The notes: a model not told the origin generated them from the letters alone. A DNA stretch of 64,000 nt from Patescibacteria group bacterium (GCA_028714475.1 JAQTNC010000001.1:86678-150677); one strand, 5' to 3'; numbered from the stretch's first letter, positions 31,458 through 40,983 are shown. A program made the numbers and translations.

Positions 31458-32594
31458 ATGGCTGACTATCCAAAAATCCGTCATGAAATTTTCCAAGCGC
31501 TTTTTCCGGAAGCGCCGGCTTATCGCTGGCGTCAGGCTGAGGAAGCGCTTTTTCGGCCGGGCGCGACAGGCTGGTCAGACGCCACTTCCCTGCCCCGCGA
31601 GATGCAGACGACGCTTGCGGAAAAGATGCCGTGGATTTCCGTAGCGCCTGACAAAATTCTGTCGAACGCGAACGGCGACACGCACAAGGCCGCCTTGCGC
31701 CTCGCGGACGGTGCCATCATCGAAACGGTGCTCATGCGCAACCGCCGCGGCCAATGGACAATCTGCACCTCGAACCAGGTCGGCTGCGCCATGCGCTGCG
31801 CCTTCTGCGCCACCGGCCGGCTGGGCTTCACCCGCAACCTGACGGCGGACGAAATCGTGGACCAATATCGATTTTGGAATACCTGGCTCTCCGCCTCCTC
31901 GTTCTCCCCCGAGCGGACCCTGAGCGAGCGAAGCGAGTCGAAGGGGGAGTCGAGGGGCAGCAGAGATACTAAGAATGAGGATGATGTGTCCGCATCGACT
32001 CGCATCAGCAACCTCGTCCTCATGGGCATGGGCGAACCGCTGGCGAACTACGACAACGTGAAGGCCGCGCTGAAAACGTTGCTCAAACAAACAGACCTCG
32101 GCGCGACGCGCGTCACCGTTTCCACCGTTGGCCTTCTGCCGGGTCTCGAAAAACTACTCGACGACCCTGACTGGCCGCCAGTGCGTCTCGCCATCTCGCT
32201 CCATAGCGCCGATCAGGCCGTGCGCGAAGGCATCATGCCGACCACCATCCCCGACTACCTGCCGAAGCTCGGCGACTGGGTGCGCCGCTATCTCAAGAAG
32301 CACGGCAACCGCCGCCACCATCTCACTTTCGAATATGTCATGCTGGCGAACGTTAACGACGAGCCCCGCCACGCGGCCCAACTCGCCGGTTTCGCGAATG
32401 CCGCCGGCCACGTGAAAATCAACCTCATTCCGTACAACTACACTGACTCGCAATTCTCCGGCTCGGCCGACGAGGTGATCGCCGACTTCCAGAATTTTCT
32501 CGAGCAGAAAGGGGTAACCGTAACCGTTCGCCGCTCGATGGGCCAAGACATCGCCGCCGCGTGTGGTCAGCTGGCCAATAAACTATTGAAATAA
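31458..32594 (+). CDS. rlmN: 23S rRNA/tRNA m2A methyltransferase RlmN (radical SAM), with a ~28-aa in-frame insertion encoded by a family 1 repeat
   Basis: CAMRCAFCATG radical-SAM cluster, MGMGEPL; extra ~28 aa between the EIV and ISNLV segments relative to E. coli RlmN. Confidence 0.9.
   Translation: MADYPKIRHEIFQALFPEAPAYRWRQAEEALFRPGATGWSDATSLPREMQTTLAEKMPWISVAPDKILSNANGDTHKAALRLADGAIIETVLMRNRRGQWTICTSNQVGCAMRCAFCATGRLGFTRNLTADEIVDQYRFWNTWLSASSFSPERTLSERSESKGESRGSRDTKNEDDVSASTRISNLVLMGMGEPLANYDNVKAALKTLLKQTDLGATRVTVSTVGLLPGLEKLLDDPDWPPVRLAISLHSADQAVREGIMPTTIPDYLPKLGDWVRRYLKKHGNRRHHLTFEYVMLANVNDEPRHAAQLAGFANAAGHVKINLIPYNYTDSQFSGSADEVIADFQNFLEQKGVTVTVRRSMGQDIAAACGQLANKLLK
31904..31958. repeat. 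family 1 palindromic repeat, copy F, inserted in-frame in rlmN
   Basis: cccccgagcggaccctgagcgagcgaagcgagtcgaagggggagtcgaggggcag, reverse complement of copy D. Confidence 0.85.
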
Positions 32595-32613
32595 GTCGCG
32601 AATGAATGGTTTT

Positions 32614-32649
32614 ACAAAAAGCGCGGGGCATCAGCCCCGCGCCTTGCTT
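32614..32649. terminator. bidirectional terminator between convergent rlmN and the 32658 gene
   Basis: gcgcgggg-catcag-ccccgcgc with A-tract upstream and T-rich downstream. Confidence 0.7.
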
Positions 32650-32657
32650 ATTCATCA

Positions 32658-33416
32658 CTAGCGGCTCATCTCGTCCTCGCACAACTTGGATTGCCGCTCC
32701 TCAAGCGCCGACTTATACGCTGGCACCGCGTACGGCACCCAGCCCTTCGATGCGTCAGCCAAATCAATGGCGCGCGCCTGACCGGAATTCCACAAGCTGG
32801 CGCACGGCCCGGGCGAGTTATCCACGCCGGTAACCCAGAAGATCAGCTTCGATCCCTGCCGACCCAAGATGGACCAGACCGCCGATTCGCCCGGCTGGTC
32901 CGCGGTCTTTCCTGTTTCCACATACATCTCCCGCAACTCGCCGGTGCTCAACCGATAAGCGTAGAGGCGGTTCGTAACCACTGTCGGCTTGGAAAGGTCC
33001 TTGGTGGTAGTCACCAGATAAACGACGTCGGCATCCGTCGGATGCACCCAAGCCGCGTTATAAATGCGCTCGCCGTTACCCTTGATGGTCGCGAGCGCGG
33101 CTGCGGCCGGTTCGACCTTGCGCCCGTCAGGCAGGACAATCGTCACCCGACCCTCGGCATCATAATCGGCTCGCCCGTAAGCATCCTCAACGAACACCTC
33201 GTCGGTCGCCGGAAGCGCACCCAAACCTTCCGGTGCGGTCGGCTCGGCCAGCGGCTCCACGGACGCCGAAGTCTGAACCTTGAGCGCACTGACTTCAGCG
33301 CGCAGACCGCTCACGGTGGCGTCACTTGCCGACTTGCTGGCCAGGTACCCGCCGCTTACGCCCGCGAGGAGCGCCACGACCGCCACGGCCACGAGAACTG
33401 CTTTGGATTGATTCAT
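32658..33416 (-). CDS. hypothetical secreted/membrane-anchored protein
   Basis: start set at Met16 preceding a signal/anchor helix. Confidence 0.5.
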   Translation of the reverse strand: MNQSKAVLVAVAVVALLAGVSGGYLASKSASDATVSGLRAEVSALKVQTSASVEPLAEPTAPEGLGALPATDEVFVEDAYGRADYDAEGRVTIVLPDGRKVEPAAAALATIKGNGERIYNAAWVHPTDADVVYLVTTTKDLSKPTVVTNRLYAYRLSTGELREMYVETGKTADQPGESAVWSILGRQGSKLIFWVTGVDNSPGPCASLWNSGQARAIDLADASKGWVPYAVPAYKSALEERQSKLCEDEMSR

Positions 33417-33636
33417 ATCAATGCAAAAGAAATAATGGCTAAGATAACAAAAAGATAGCACAAAAATCTCTTTTTGTCAACCGTTGTTTTGCATAAAGAA
33501 AACGGGGAGGCCGAAGGCGCCTCCCCGCCGGCGAACGCAAGTGCCCGCCACGGCTTGAACCCATTGACCGCTGACCCCAATCGACGCCAGCGGGTTCGGG
33601 ATTGAGCAGGGGCGCGACAATGTCAAAATAATTATT

Positions 33637-33674
33637 CACAAAACAAAAACGGCGGGCGTCAGGGACACCCGCCG
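33637..33674 (-). terminator. rho-independent terminator
   Basis: minus strand cggcggg-tgtccctgacg-cccgccg followed by TTTTTGTTTTGTG. Confidence 0.6.
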
Positions 33675-33690
33675 CCAGCCAAGGACGCCG

Positions 33691-34197
33691 TCAACGATCG
33701 GCGTCATCGCGATCCAGAGCGCGATGACAGAACCCGAGGCCCCGATCGACCATCTGCAACACGCGCCAAAGGGCATCGACGCGATCGGTCCGGGCAATCT
33801 TCCGTGGTGTGACCTCGGCCATGGCCTTTCGGCAATCCCGAAACACCGTTGGCCATATCACGCGCGACACGGGCATTTTCTGCCGCTCCCAGAGACGGAT
33901 ATCGGTCCGGGCGTGAAGCGACTCGATCCTAGAAAAGAGCACGCCGAACTGCTCCGGTACGCCTTCGAACTCATCGTGGTAGGCGTTCAGGCAGGCCTGC
34001 CAGGACTCATGCCACCGCTCGAACTGGGACCAGAAGGTGGACACTTCGCGCAGCAATCGCCGACCGTCCGCCCGCCACCATGACCGGAACGAAAAAGCCA
34101 CCACCACCAGCACGACAACAACAAACAAATAAACCACGGCAATTATCTCCCAGCGCCCGAAGGCAAAAAGCCCCGGAAAATGACCTTCTGTCATCAT
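33691..34197 (-). CDS. hypothetical membrane-anchored protein
   Basis: ATGATG at 34197 preceding a TM helix (ORF starts at TTG 34242). Confidence 0.45.
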   Translation of the reverse strand: MMTEGHFPGLFAFGRWEIIAVVYLFVVVVLVVVAFSFRSWWRADGRRLLREVSTFWSQFERWHESWQACLNAYHDEFEGVPEQFGVLFSRIESLHARTDIRLWERQKMPVSRVIWPTVFRDCRKAMAEVTPRKIARTDRVDALWRVLQMVDRGLGFCHRALDRDDADR

Positions 34198-34286
34198 GGC
34201 CGCGCTGGGCGTATTCGTCAAATCTGGCCGAACGAAACGCAAAAAAATACCATATTTTAAATAAAAAACTGCTGTTTAGTCGCCTC

Positions 34287-34315
34287 TTGCCAACCTTCCG
34301 TTTATAATGTATATT
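34287..34315 (+). promoter_or_regulatory. putative promoter (TTGCCA-17-TATATT) upstream of secE
   Basis: seen in sequence in an AT-rich spacer. Confidence 0.3.
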
Positions 34316-34425
34316 ATGAACGAACAATAGATTCGCCGCCCGCGAGGGGCGGTTTTAAGACCCAAGAAAATCTTCATCTAGCCAAGACCCGGCCGCCATG
34401 GCGCCGCTTCAATACCCAGAACCAT

Positions 34426-34614
34426 ATGGCTAACAAAATAGTCACTTACGTCCAGGAGTGCCGCGAGGAACTCAAGAAGGTCACTTGGCCTTCACGCGAA
34501 CAGGTCATCCGCGACACGCTGATCGTGCTCGGTCTCTCCATCGCCACGGCCGCCTTTTTTGGCCTGATTGATTTCGGCATGATGTCGGCGTTCCGACAGT
34601 ACCTGCAGGTCTAG
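34426..34614 (+). CDS. secE: preprotein translocase subunit SecE
   Basis: 62-aa single-TM protein immediately upstream of nusG. Confidence 0.85.
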   Translation: MANKIVTYVQECREELKKVTWPSREQVIRDTLIVLGLSIATAAFFGLIDFGMMSAFRQYLQV

Positions 34615-34661
34615 ACCGGCACCCTACTCACCAAAGTCCCTTCATCGCCCTGTACCGAACG

Positions 34662-35222
34662 GTGCAAGGCAAGCCTATGCCAAAGCAAACAACGAACGTC
34701 GGTCGCCGCTGGTACGCCATCCACACCTACTCCGGCTACGAGGAGAACGTGGCGCACAACCTCAAACAGCGCATCGAGTCCATGGACATGCAGGACAAGA
34801 TCTTCAACATTCTCATCCCGAAGGAGAAGAAGATCAAGATCAAGAACGGCAAGCGTAAGGTGGTCGAGGAGAAGATCTTCCCCGGCTACGTGATGGTCGA
34901 GATGGTCGTCACCGACGATTCGTGGTACGTCGTGCGCAACACGCCGAACGTCACCGGCTTCATCGGCACCGGCAACACGCCGACGCCGGTCGCCGAGGAC
35001 GAAATCAAGGCCCTGCAGAAGCGCATGGGCGTCGAGGAGCCGGAATACAAGATCAACGTCGAGGTCAATGCGCCGGTCAAAATCACCGACGGTCCGTTCA
35101 AGAATTTCGAGGGCAAGGTCGCGGAAATCGACGAGTCGCGCGGCAAGATCAAGGTGCTCGTTTCCATGTTCGGCCGCGAAACGCCGGTGGAACTCGACTT
35201 CCTGCAGGTGAAGAAAATATAG
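34662..35222 (+). CDS. nusG: transcription termination/antitermination factor NusG
   Basis: NGN and KOW domains (FPGYVMVEM, VRVLDGPF-type KOW). Confidence 0.92.
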   Translation: MQGKPMPKQTTNVGRRWYAIHTYSGYEENVAHNLKQRIESMDMQDKIFNILIPKEKKIKIKNGKRKVVEEKIFPGYVMVEMVVTDDSWYVVRNTPNVTGFIGTGNTPTPVAEDEIKALQKRMGVEEPEYKINVEVNAPVKITDGPFKNFEGKVAEIDESRGKIKVLVSMFGRETPVELDFLQVKKI

Positions 35223-35238
35223 CCGTCAACCAATCATC

Positions 35239-35270
35239 AAAAGGCCCGCCACCCGGCGGGCTTTTGGTTT
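35239..35270 (+). terminator. rho-independent terminator after nusG
   Basis: gcccgcc-accc-ggcgggc followed by TTTTGGTTT; near-identical to the terminator after rplA. Confidence 0.8.
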
Positions 35271-35297
35271 GACGAAGCAAGGCGAGTGATTCATATT

Positions 35298-35362
35298 TAT
35301 AGTGCTGAAGATGGGGGCGCTGAAGTACTGAAGAAAAAACCTTCAGCACTTCAGCACTCCAG
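35298..35362. repeat. CAGCACT-family palindromic hairpin
   Basis: agtgctgaag...gctgaagtactgaag-aaaaaacc-ttcagcacttcagcactccagc. Confidence 0.65.
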
Positions 35363-35378
35363 CAATTCCCCACTCTCT

Positions 35379-35873
35379 ATGCTCCGCTTCCTCTGGCTCA
35401 AAGACGCCGCCGACTGCCCCACGCCCGCCGATGGCTTTTTGCCGCCTGCGGAAATCTCCGCCGCTGACCGTGAGCGCGTGCTCGCCCTGCTCGGCCAACT
35501 CACCGAACGCCCGCCGACGGAAATCGACTTGGCCGACGTGGCAGCCGCGCCGGACACGTTTATCGTCGCGGCAGTTGCCAATGACGAGCCCGGCCTGCCG
35601 GAAGGCATCGTCGGCATGGCGACGCTCATCCGCCTCCGCAAGCTCACCGGCTTGAGCGGCCACGTCGAGGACGTGGTCGTGGACGAGGCCTGCCGCGGCC
35701 GCGGCTTGGCCAAGACGCTCATGGGGCATCTGCACGACGCCGGCCGCGCACTCAAACTGAAGCACATCAACCTCACGAGCCAACCGCAACGCGAAACGGC
35801 CAACCGCCTCTACCAACAGCTCGGCTACGAGCGGCGCGACACCAACGCTTACCGGCTAACGCTGATACCATGA
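35379..35873 (+). CDS. GNAT family N-acetyltransferase
   Basis: acetyl-CoA binding motif region (VDEACRGRGLAKTLM); ATG at 35379 (ORF track starts at GTG 35286, inside the repeat). Confidence 0.75.
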   Translation: MLRFLWLKDAADCPTPADGFLPPAEISAADRERVLALLGQLTERPPTEIDLADVAAAPDTFIVAAVANDEPGLPEGIVGMATLIRLRKLTGLSGHVEDVVVDEACRGRGLAKTLMGHLHDAGRALKLKHINLTSQPQRETANRLYQQLGYERRDTNAYRLTLIP

Positions 35874-36196
35874 CCATCAACCCCGCGCTCCCGCTCATCG
35901 TCTTTGGCGGACTGATCCTCACCGCCGGCGACATCATCATGAAAACCTGGGTCGCCAAAAACAATTGGTCGTTTTTTGTCATCGGTTTCCTGGCTTACGC
36001 GGTCGGCTTGATTTGCCTCGCCTTCAGTTTCCGCCACCAGAACATCGCCACTGCCTCGCTGGCGATGGTGCTCTTCAACATCATCACGCTGGCGGCCGTG
36101 AGTCGCTTCTGGTTTCATGAGCCGCTTACCGCCTGGCGTTCGGTCGGCCTGCTCATCGGCTTGGTCGCGGTCGTGGTGCTGGAGCTGGCCGGATGA
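35870..36196 (+). CDS. small 4-TM transporter of the SMR/DMT (EamA-like) superfamily
   Basis: 108 aa, four TM helices, ATGA overlap with the GNAT gene. Confidence 0.6.
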   Translation: MTINPALPLIVFGGLILTAGDIIMKTWVAKNNWSFFVIGFLAYAVGLICLAFSFRHQNIATASLAMVLFNIITLAAVSRFWFHEPLTAWRSVGLLIGLVAVVVLELAG

Positions 36197-36286
36197 CGGG
36201 TCAACAGCAGGCTCACGGCCCGTCTTGACCCGGGATTTTTTTTATTCTAGACTTTGCCCAGACCTTTACCTGAAGGGAGTCATAAC

Positions 36287-36832
36287 ATGACTGACCCCAA
36301 AGATATTCCTGGCTGGAGAACGGCTTGCGGCGCCCGCGCCAGATTGGTGCGTGCGGTCAGGACGTTCTGCGTCTGTCAGGCGAGAACATGGCAAACCCTG
36401 CCGCTCAAGGCTCTCCTGGCGACCGACCTGACCCTGCCTCAGCCGGATCCGGCTTGCATCGAATTGGGGCAGGAGTTGAGCCTCCGGCGCCTGACCTATC
36501 ACTTCGGCTTCTGGCCCATTCGCGCGACGCTGGACCAAGAGCGCCACTACCACGCCTACGTGGACTGTCTGACCGGCGAACTGGTCGACCCGAGCCTGCT
36601 TCACGCCCGACAGGAGATCGTTCCTGCCCACGACGACACCGTCGGCCTGCTCGCCTGGCACATGGATGAGCTCGATGCCGCCGCCATTGCCGCCGCGCTG
36701 GACGCGGAAGGCGAACGGCTGTTCCGAGTTCGTAGCAGGGCGAGGTGCCTTCAGCGAGCCACGCAGGGTAAGTTGAATCTCGGCGCGCATATCCGACGCC
36801 GCTGCGCCTGGCCTCCGCTCATTGCGACCTGA
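36287..36832 (+). CDS. hypothetical protein
   Basis: GAAGGGAG SD 7 nt before ATG 36287; terminator downstream. Confidence 0.5.
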   Translation: MTDPKDIPGWRTACGARARLVRAVRTFCVCQARTWQTLPLKALLATDLTLPQPDPACIELGQELSLRRLTYHFGFWPIRATLDQERHYHAYVDCLTGELVDPSLLHARQEIVPAHDDTVGLLAWHMDELDAAAIAAALDAEGERLFRVRSRARCLQRATQGKLNLGAHIRRRCAWPPLIAT

Positions 36833-36856
36833 AAGCCGTCGTCCCCCTTGGACGAC

Positions 36857-36892
36857 CGCCGCGTGGACACCCTGTGTCCGCGCGGTTTTTGT
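36857..36892 (+). terminator. rho-independent terminator
   Basis: ccgcgtggacac-cctg-tgtccgcgcgg followed by TTTTTGTT. Confidence 0.7.
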
Positions 36893-37193
36893 TCACCTCC
36901 GCCAAATACCCCGGGCGCCAGCCCGGGATTCCTGACGCGTGAATCCCCCGAAGCCCGGATGGCGTAGGGGGCAGAGGGCTGCGGTGAATGAAATATGAAG
37001 GGGCCTTAGATACCCCGGCCGTGAGGCCGGGGAGTCTTCATTTTGCGATAATCAATTGACATTAACCGTTCGTGGATGCAAACACTAACTGACGAACGCA
37101 ACCTTGACTTATCGACCGCCCCTCGGCGTTCGTTTATATTTCCAACAAAAAACCGCCCCCGGAGAAACCCGGCGACGGTGATTGACACGCGGT

Positions 37194-37889
37194 TCAGCGG
37201 CCGCGACAAGAACCCAAGAGACTCCAGGCGGCAATCGGCGTGAGATAGGCGGCGGCGTAGACCAAGCCGACCAGGACGGCCGCCGGAAACGCGACGACGA
37301 ATCCCCAATGGAGAGCCAGGCCGCACACCATGAGCAGGCCGAATAACAGCCCGCGCGACAGAGCGTGTAGCGGCAGTAACCGCCACAGGCCACGGTTGTC
37401 ATGGCCACGCAGGTGAAGCAGGATGTCCTTGACCGCCAGCAACAACGCGAATACGGCTACGATAGCCGCCAAGCCGACCAAACCGCCCACTTCCGCGCCT
37501 ATCGCCGAGCTGATGGACAGGATCATCGCCGAAAAGGCCATAACCGGCATCAGTTCGCCCGGCCCAATATTCTCGAGGGCGTACTCCCAAGTCCATGACC
37601 GCCGCAGCGACCGGATGTAGCCGATGGCGAGCCAGAGGCAGAGGGCCGACGCCCAGATGTCGTGCCGACCGAGGATACCGCCGTAGGGCAAGACGTACTT
37701 GGCACCCGGCCACAGCGGAGCTGACTCGACCAGGCGTTCGTGGCCGCCGACAAGCAGGGTCACCCGCAGCGTGAGCCACATGAGCAGGGCCGTGAGCCCC
37801 GCCCAAAAGCCGGCCGATTCGACCACCCGCTTCGCCACGACCAAAGACGCAATCAAACGACTGTTCGAACGGTTACGCCGAGAAATCAT
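37194..37889 (-). CDS. hypothetical polytopic membrane protein
   Basis: start at Met19 with GAAAGGGGAA SD. Confidence 0.55.
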   Translation of the reverse strand: MISRRNRSNSRLIASLVVAKRVVESAGFWAGLTALLMWLTLRVTLLVGGHERLVESAPLWPGAKYVLPYGGILGRHDIWASALCLWLAIGYIRSLRRSWTWEYALENIGPGELMPVMAFSAMILSISSAIGAEVGGLVGLAAIVAVFALLLAVKDILLHLRGHDNRGLWRLLPLHALSRGLLFGLLMVCGLALHWGFVVAFPAAVLVGLVYAAAYLTPIAAWSLLGSCRGR

Positions 37890-38086
37890 CGGGTTCCCCT
37901 TTCGCTTTTTTCCGCGCCAATCGGCGTCGGACTTTGATGACAATGATCCAGACCGAAATAATTTTCGGGCATCAGCTCGGCAAAGTCAAACGCGGCGCGT
38001 CGCAGAAGCGAAAAACCCCTACAAAAAAACCGACGCGACACCCCGGAGGCAGGTGCCGCGTCTTGAACGAAGTCGATCTTCTTGTC

Positions 38087-38653
38087 TTAGCCCGCTCGGC
38101 GGATGCCCGAACTGGTCAGCTCGAGTTGCATTTCCGCCATGAGCCTCTGAACCTCGTCGAGCCTTGAAACAGGGCACCGCTCGGAACCAGGGCCAGGGAC
38201 CGTGAGCGCGGCTACCAGCAGGGCTTGCCGGCGCACGATTTCCAGTTCCTGCTCCAACGCCTGCCTTTGACGCAACTCGTTCACCCAGGCGCTGCTCAAA
38301 TGAGTGATCTCGGTCGTGGCATCATCCAGCTCTCGTGTCAGCCTTTCGGTCTCCAAGGAACGCTGGCCAACCTCCCTGACCACGTCCATCAGGATGGATG
38401 ACGTCGGTTCAGCCGGCGGCGGCCTTCTTGAAATGCGCCGCACGCCCGAACGCTCGACGCGGTTCGACAGCCCCTCGGCCTCGAGCCGGATCTGCCGCCA
38501 GCACCAGAGCGCGGCCAGGACGTTGTATGCGACCGTCAGCGAGCCAACCGCCCTGACCTGATCCTGATTGCCGAACACGAACGTGGTGAGCAGCGCTACG
38601 ACCGTCAGGCCGGTGACGGCCAAAATGCAGGGAGCAACTCTCTTATCGACCAT
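38087..38653 (-). CDS. hypothetical membrane-anchored coiled-coil protein
   Basis: start set at internal ATG 38653 with GGAGG 5-6 nt upstream. Confidence 0.5.
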   Translation of the reverse strand: MVDKRVAPCILAVTGLTVVALLTTFVFGNQDQVRAVGSLTVAYNVLAALWCWRQIRLEAEGLSNRVERSGVRRISRRPPPAEPTSSILMDVVREVGQRSLETERLTRELDDATTEITHLSSAWVNELRQRQALEQELEIVRRQALLVAALTVPGPGSERCPVSRLDEVQRLMAEMQLELTSSGIRRAG

Positions 38654-38739
38654 AAAACCTCCATTGCTGACCAAAATCATAGCATATTTTACCCCTTTTG
38701 TCAAGCCTGACTGCTCATGAAAGACAACCCAAAGCAAGC

Positions 38740-38766
38740 CCCGCCCGCCCTTGCATTTACCTAAAG
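38740..38766 (+). promoter_or_regulatory. putative promoter (TTGCAT-15-TATAAT) for rplK-rplA
   Basis: seen in sequence; ~85-nt leader follows. Confidence 0.4.
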
Positions 38767-38850
38767 CTTCGTATAATATTCCTCCACGTGTCAGGTGCGG
38801 CCATGACGGCCGGCTTCTCACCGAGGCACCCAACAACCAACCAACTGACT

Positions 38851-39273
38851 ATGGCTAAGAAAATCAAGACATTTATCAAGCTGCAGATTCCCGCTGGCAA
38901 GGCGAACCCCGCCCCGCCGGTCGGCCCGGCGCTCGGCCAACACGGCCTGAACATCGCCGAGTTCTGCCAGAAGTTCAACGCCGCGACCGCCGCCCTCGGC
39001 GGTGACATCACGCCGGTCGTCATCACCGTCTACGATGATCGCACCTATACCTTCGTCCTCAAGACCCCGCCGGCCGCGGAACTCATCAAGAAGGCCGCCG
39101 GCATCACGAGCGGCTCGAAAAAGCCGCTGACCGAGAAGGTCGGCACCATCACCAAAGCCCAGCTCAAGGAGATCGCCGAGAAGAAAATGCCTGACTTGAA
39201 CGCCAACGACATCGAAGCCGCGATGAAAATCATCGCCGGCACCGCGCGTCAGATGGGCGTGGAGGTGAAATAA
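38851..39273 (+). CDS. rplK: 50S ribosomal protein L11
   Basis: [19 protein letters not shown] signature. Confidence 0.93.
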   Translation: MAKKIKTFIKLQIPAGKANPAPPVGPALGQHGLNIAEFCQKFNAATAALGGDITPVVITVYDDRTYTFVLKTPPAAELIKKAAGITSGSKKPLTEKVGTITKAQLKEIAEKKMPDLNANDIEAAMKIIAGTARQMGVEVK

Positions 39274-39274
39274 T

Positions 39275-39299
39275 GTAGCGGGGTAAACCCGCCCGCTAC
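39275..39299. repeat. family 2 minimal hairpin (gtagcgggg-taaaccc-gcccgctac) between rplK and rplA
   Basis: seen in sequence. Confidence 0.6.
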
Positions 39300-39348
39300 G
39301 ATAAATTGTGGGAGGCCCGAATACGGCCGTCCGCACCACGAAAAGCAT

Positions 39349-40029
39349 ATGGCTCACAGCAAGCGCTACAAAGAACTCCTGGCGTCCTACGACGCGAGGA
39401 AATCCTACTCCCCCGCCGAGGCGGTCGAGTTGGTGAAGAAACTCTCGACCACGAAATTCGACAGCTCCGTCGAGGTTCACATCCGCTTGGGCATTGACCC
39501 GAAGAAAAGCGACCAGATGGTGCGCTCCACCGTCGCCCTCCCGCACGGCACCGGCAAGACCAAGAAGGTGGCCGCTTTCGTGAGCGGAGACAAGGAGAAG
39601 GAAGCCAAGGAAGCCGGCGCGGATCTCATCGGCGGCGAGGAGCTCATCGCCAAAATCGCCTCGACCGGCAAGATTGAATTTGACATCGCGGTCGCCACGC
39701 CGGACATGATGCCGAAACTCGCCAAGGTCGCCAAGATCCTCGGCCCGCGCGGCCTCATGCCGAGCCCGAAGAACGATACCGTCACGCCAAACATCAAGAA
39801 AGCGATCGAGGAGATGAAGAAAGGCAAGGTCGCCTTCAAGAGCGACGACACCGGCAACATCCACCAGGCCATCGGCAAGGCGTCGTTCACCGCCGAACAG
39901 CTCGCCGACAACTTCACCGCCTTCATGGAGGCTGTCCGCAAGGCCAAACCGTCGTCCTCGAAGGGCGTATATCTCGTGTCCGTCACCGTCGCCCCGACCA
40001 TGGGCCCGGGCGTGAAGGTCTCTGTTTAG
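39349..40029 (+). CDS. rplA: 50S ribosomal protein L1
   Basis: full-length L1. Confidence 0.93.
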   Translation: MAHSKRYKELLASYDARKSYSPAEAVELVKKLSTTKFDSSVEVHIRLGIDPKKSDQMVRSTVALPHGTGKTKKVAAFVSGDKEKEAKEAGADLIGGEELIAKIASTGKIEFDIAVATPDMMPKLAKVAKILGPRGLMPSPKNDTVTPNIKKAIEEMKKGKVAFKSDDTGNIHQAIGKASFTAEQLADNFTAFMEAVRKAKPSSSKGVYLVSVTVAPTMGPGVKVSV

Positions 40030-40046
40030 CCCACCAACGATAAGAA

Positions 40047-40077
40047 CCGACCCCGCCACCCGGCGGGGTTTTGGTTT
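40047..40077 (+). terminator. rho-independent terminator after rplA
   Basis: ccccgcc-accc-ggcgggg followed by TTTTGGTTT. Confidence 0.8.
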
Positions 40078-40155
40078 CCTGCGGTTATCCACTTGACCGC
40101 TAGGTGTGTCTTTGGCAAATTAACAATCGTTCGTCTTCATCCCCAACCGACACAA

Positions 40156-40548
40156 ATGTCGTCTATGAACAACCTCCGTCCAACCATACTTGCCCTGCTC
40201 GCGCCGATGACCGCCTTGTCCGCGCTGGTCTTGCCGCGCGGAGCAGGCGCCACCGTCATCAACACCGGCCTCGGCTTCGCCCTGAACATCACCACGCCGA
40301 CGCATGACACTATGTACATCATCGTCGGGCTGGGTCGCTTGTTGCTTGGACTCGTGTGTGTCTTCATGGTCATCAACATCGTCCACCAAGCAGTTGAGAT
40401 AAATAATGACGGCGAGCGGACGGAGTCGCTCTCTGCGTCCATTCACTCAATCGTGAACAGCGTCATCTGCATGATTGGCGCCATGATCCTGGCCGGCGTC
40501 CTGCCGTCCGTGGCGGGTGTTGCCGCGCGCTTCGTTGGCCAAGCCTAA
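40156..40548 (+). CDS. hypothetical secreted/membrane protein (signal peptide plus two hydrophobic segments; VirB2/TrbC-pilin-like architecture, speculative)
   Basis: hydrophobicity pattern only. Confidence 0.4.
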   Translation: MSSMNNLRPTILALLAPMTALSALVLPRGAGATVINTGLGFALNITTPTHDTMYIIVGLGRLLLGLVCVFMVINIVHQAVEINNDGERTESLSASIHSIVNSVICMIGAMILAGVLPSVAGVAARFVGQA

Positions 40549-40554
40549 CGGCGT

Positions 40555-40983
40555 ATGCAACTTGCCGTCACCAGAATCGACAAGGACCTGCCGCTCCCGC
40601 GCTACGAGACCGCGGGGGCATGCGCTTTTGACGTACTGGCGCGCATCGAGACGGTCATCCCCCCGAAAACGCTCGGCTTCGTGCCCGGCAACGTCATCGT
40701 CTGCGTGCCCGAAGGCCACGTGCTCATGCTCGCTTCCCGCTCCTCGACGCCGCGCAAAAAGGGTCTGCTCACGCCGCACGGCTTCGGCACGATAGATCAG
40801 GATTACTGCGGGCCGGATGACGAGCTGATCGTCCAGGTCTACAACTTCACCGACGAGCCGGTGACGGTCGCCCGCGGCGAACGCATCGCCCAAGCGCTCA
40901 TCGTCCCGGTCGCCAAATTCGAAATCATCGAGACGCCGCCGAATGCGAGCCGTAGCCGCGGCGGCTTCGGAACGACGGGATAA
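40555..40983 (+). CDS. dut: dUTP diphosphatase
   Basis: AGACAFD and RSSTPRKKG dUTPase motifs. Confidence 0.9.
   Translation: MQLAVTRIDKDLPLPRYETAGACAFDVLARIETVIPPKTLGFVPGNVIVCVPEGHVLMLASRSSTPRKKGLLTPHGFGTIDQDYCGPDDELIVQVYNFTDEPVTVARGERIAQALIVPVAKFEIIETPPNASRSRGGFGTTG

Noticed and set aside
36978-37049. 23-codon mini-ORF (MKYEGALDTPAVRPGSLHFAIIN) overlapping a hairpin and terminator-like structure
   Set aside because: Too short, no SD, and it coincides with an RNA hairpin; more likely part of a structured 3' UTR or sRNA than a peptide gene.
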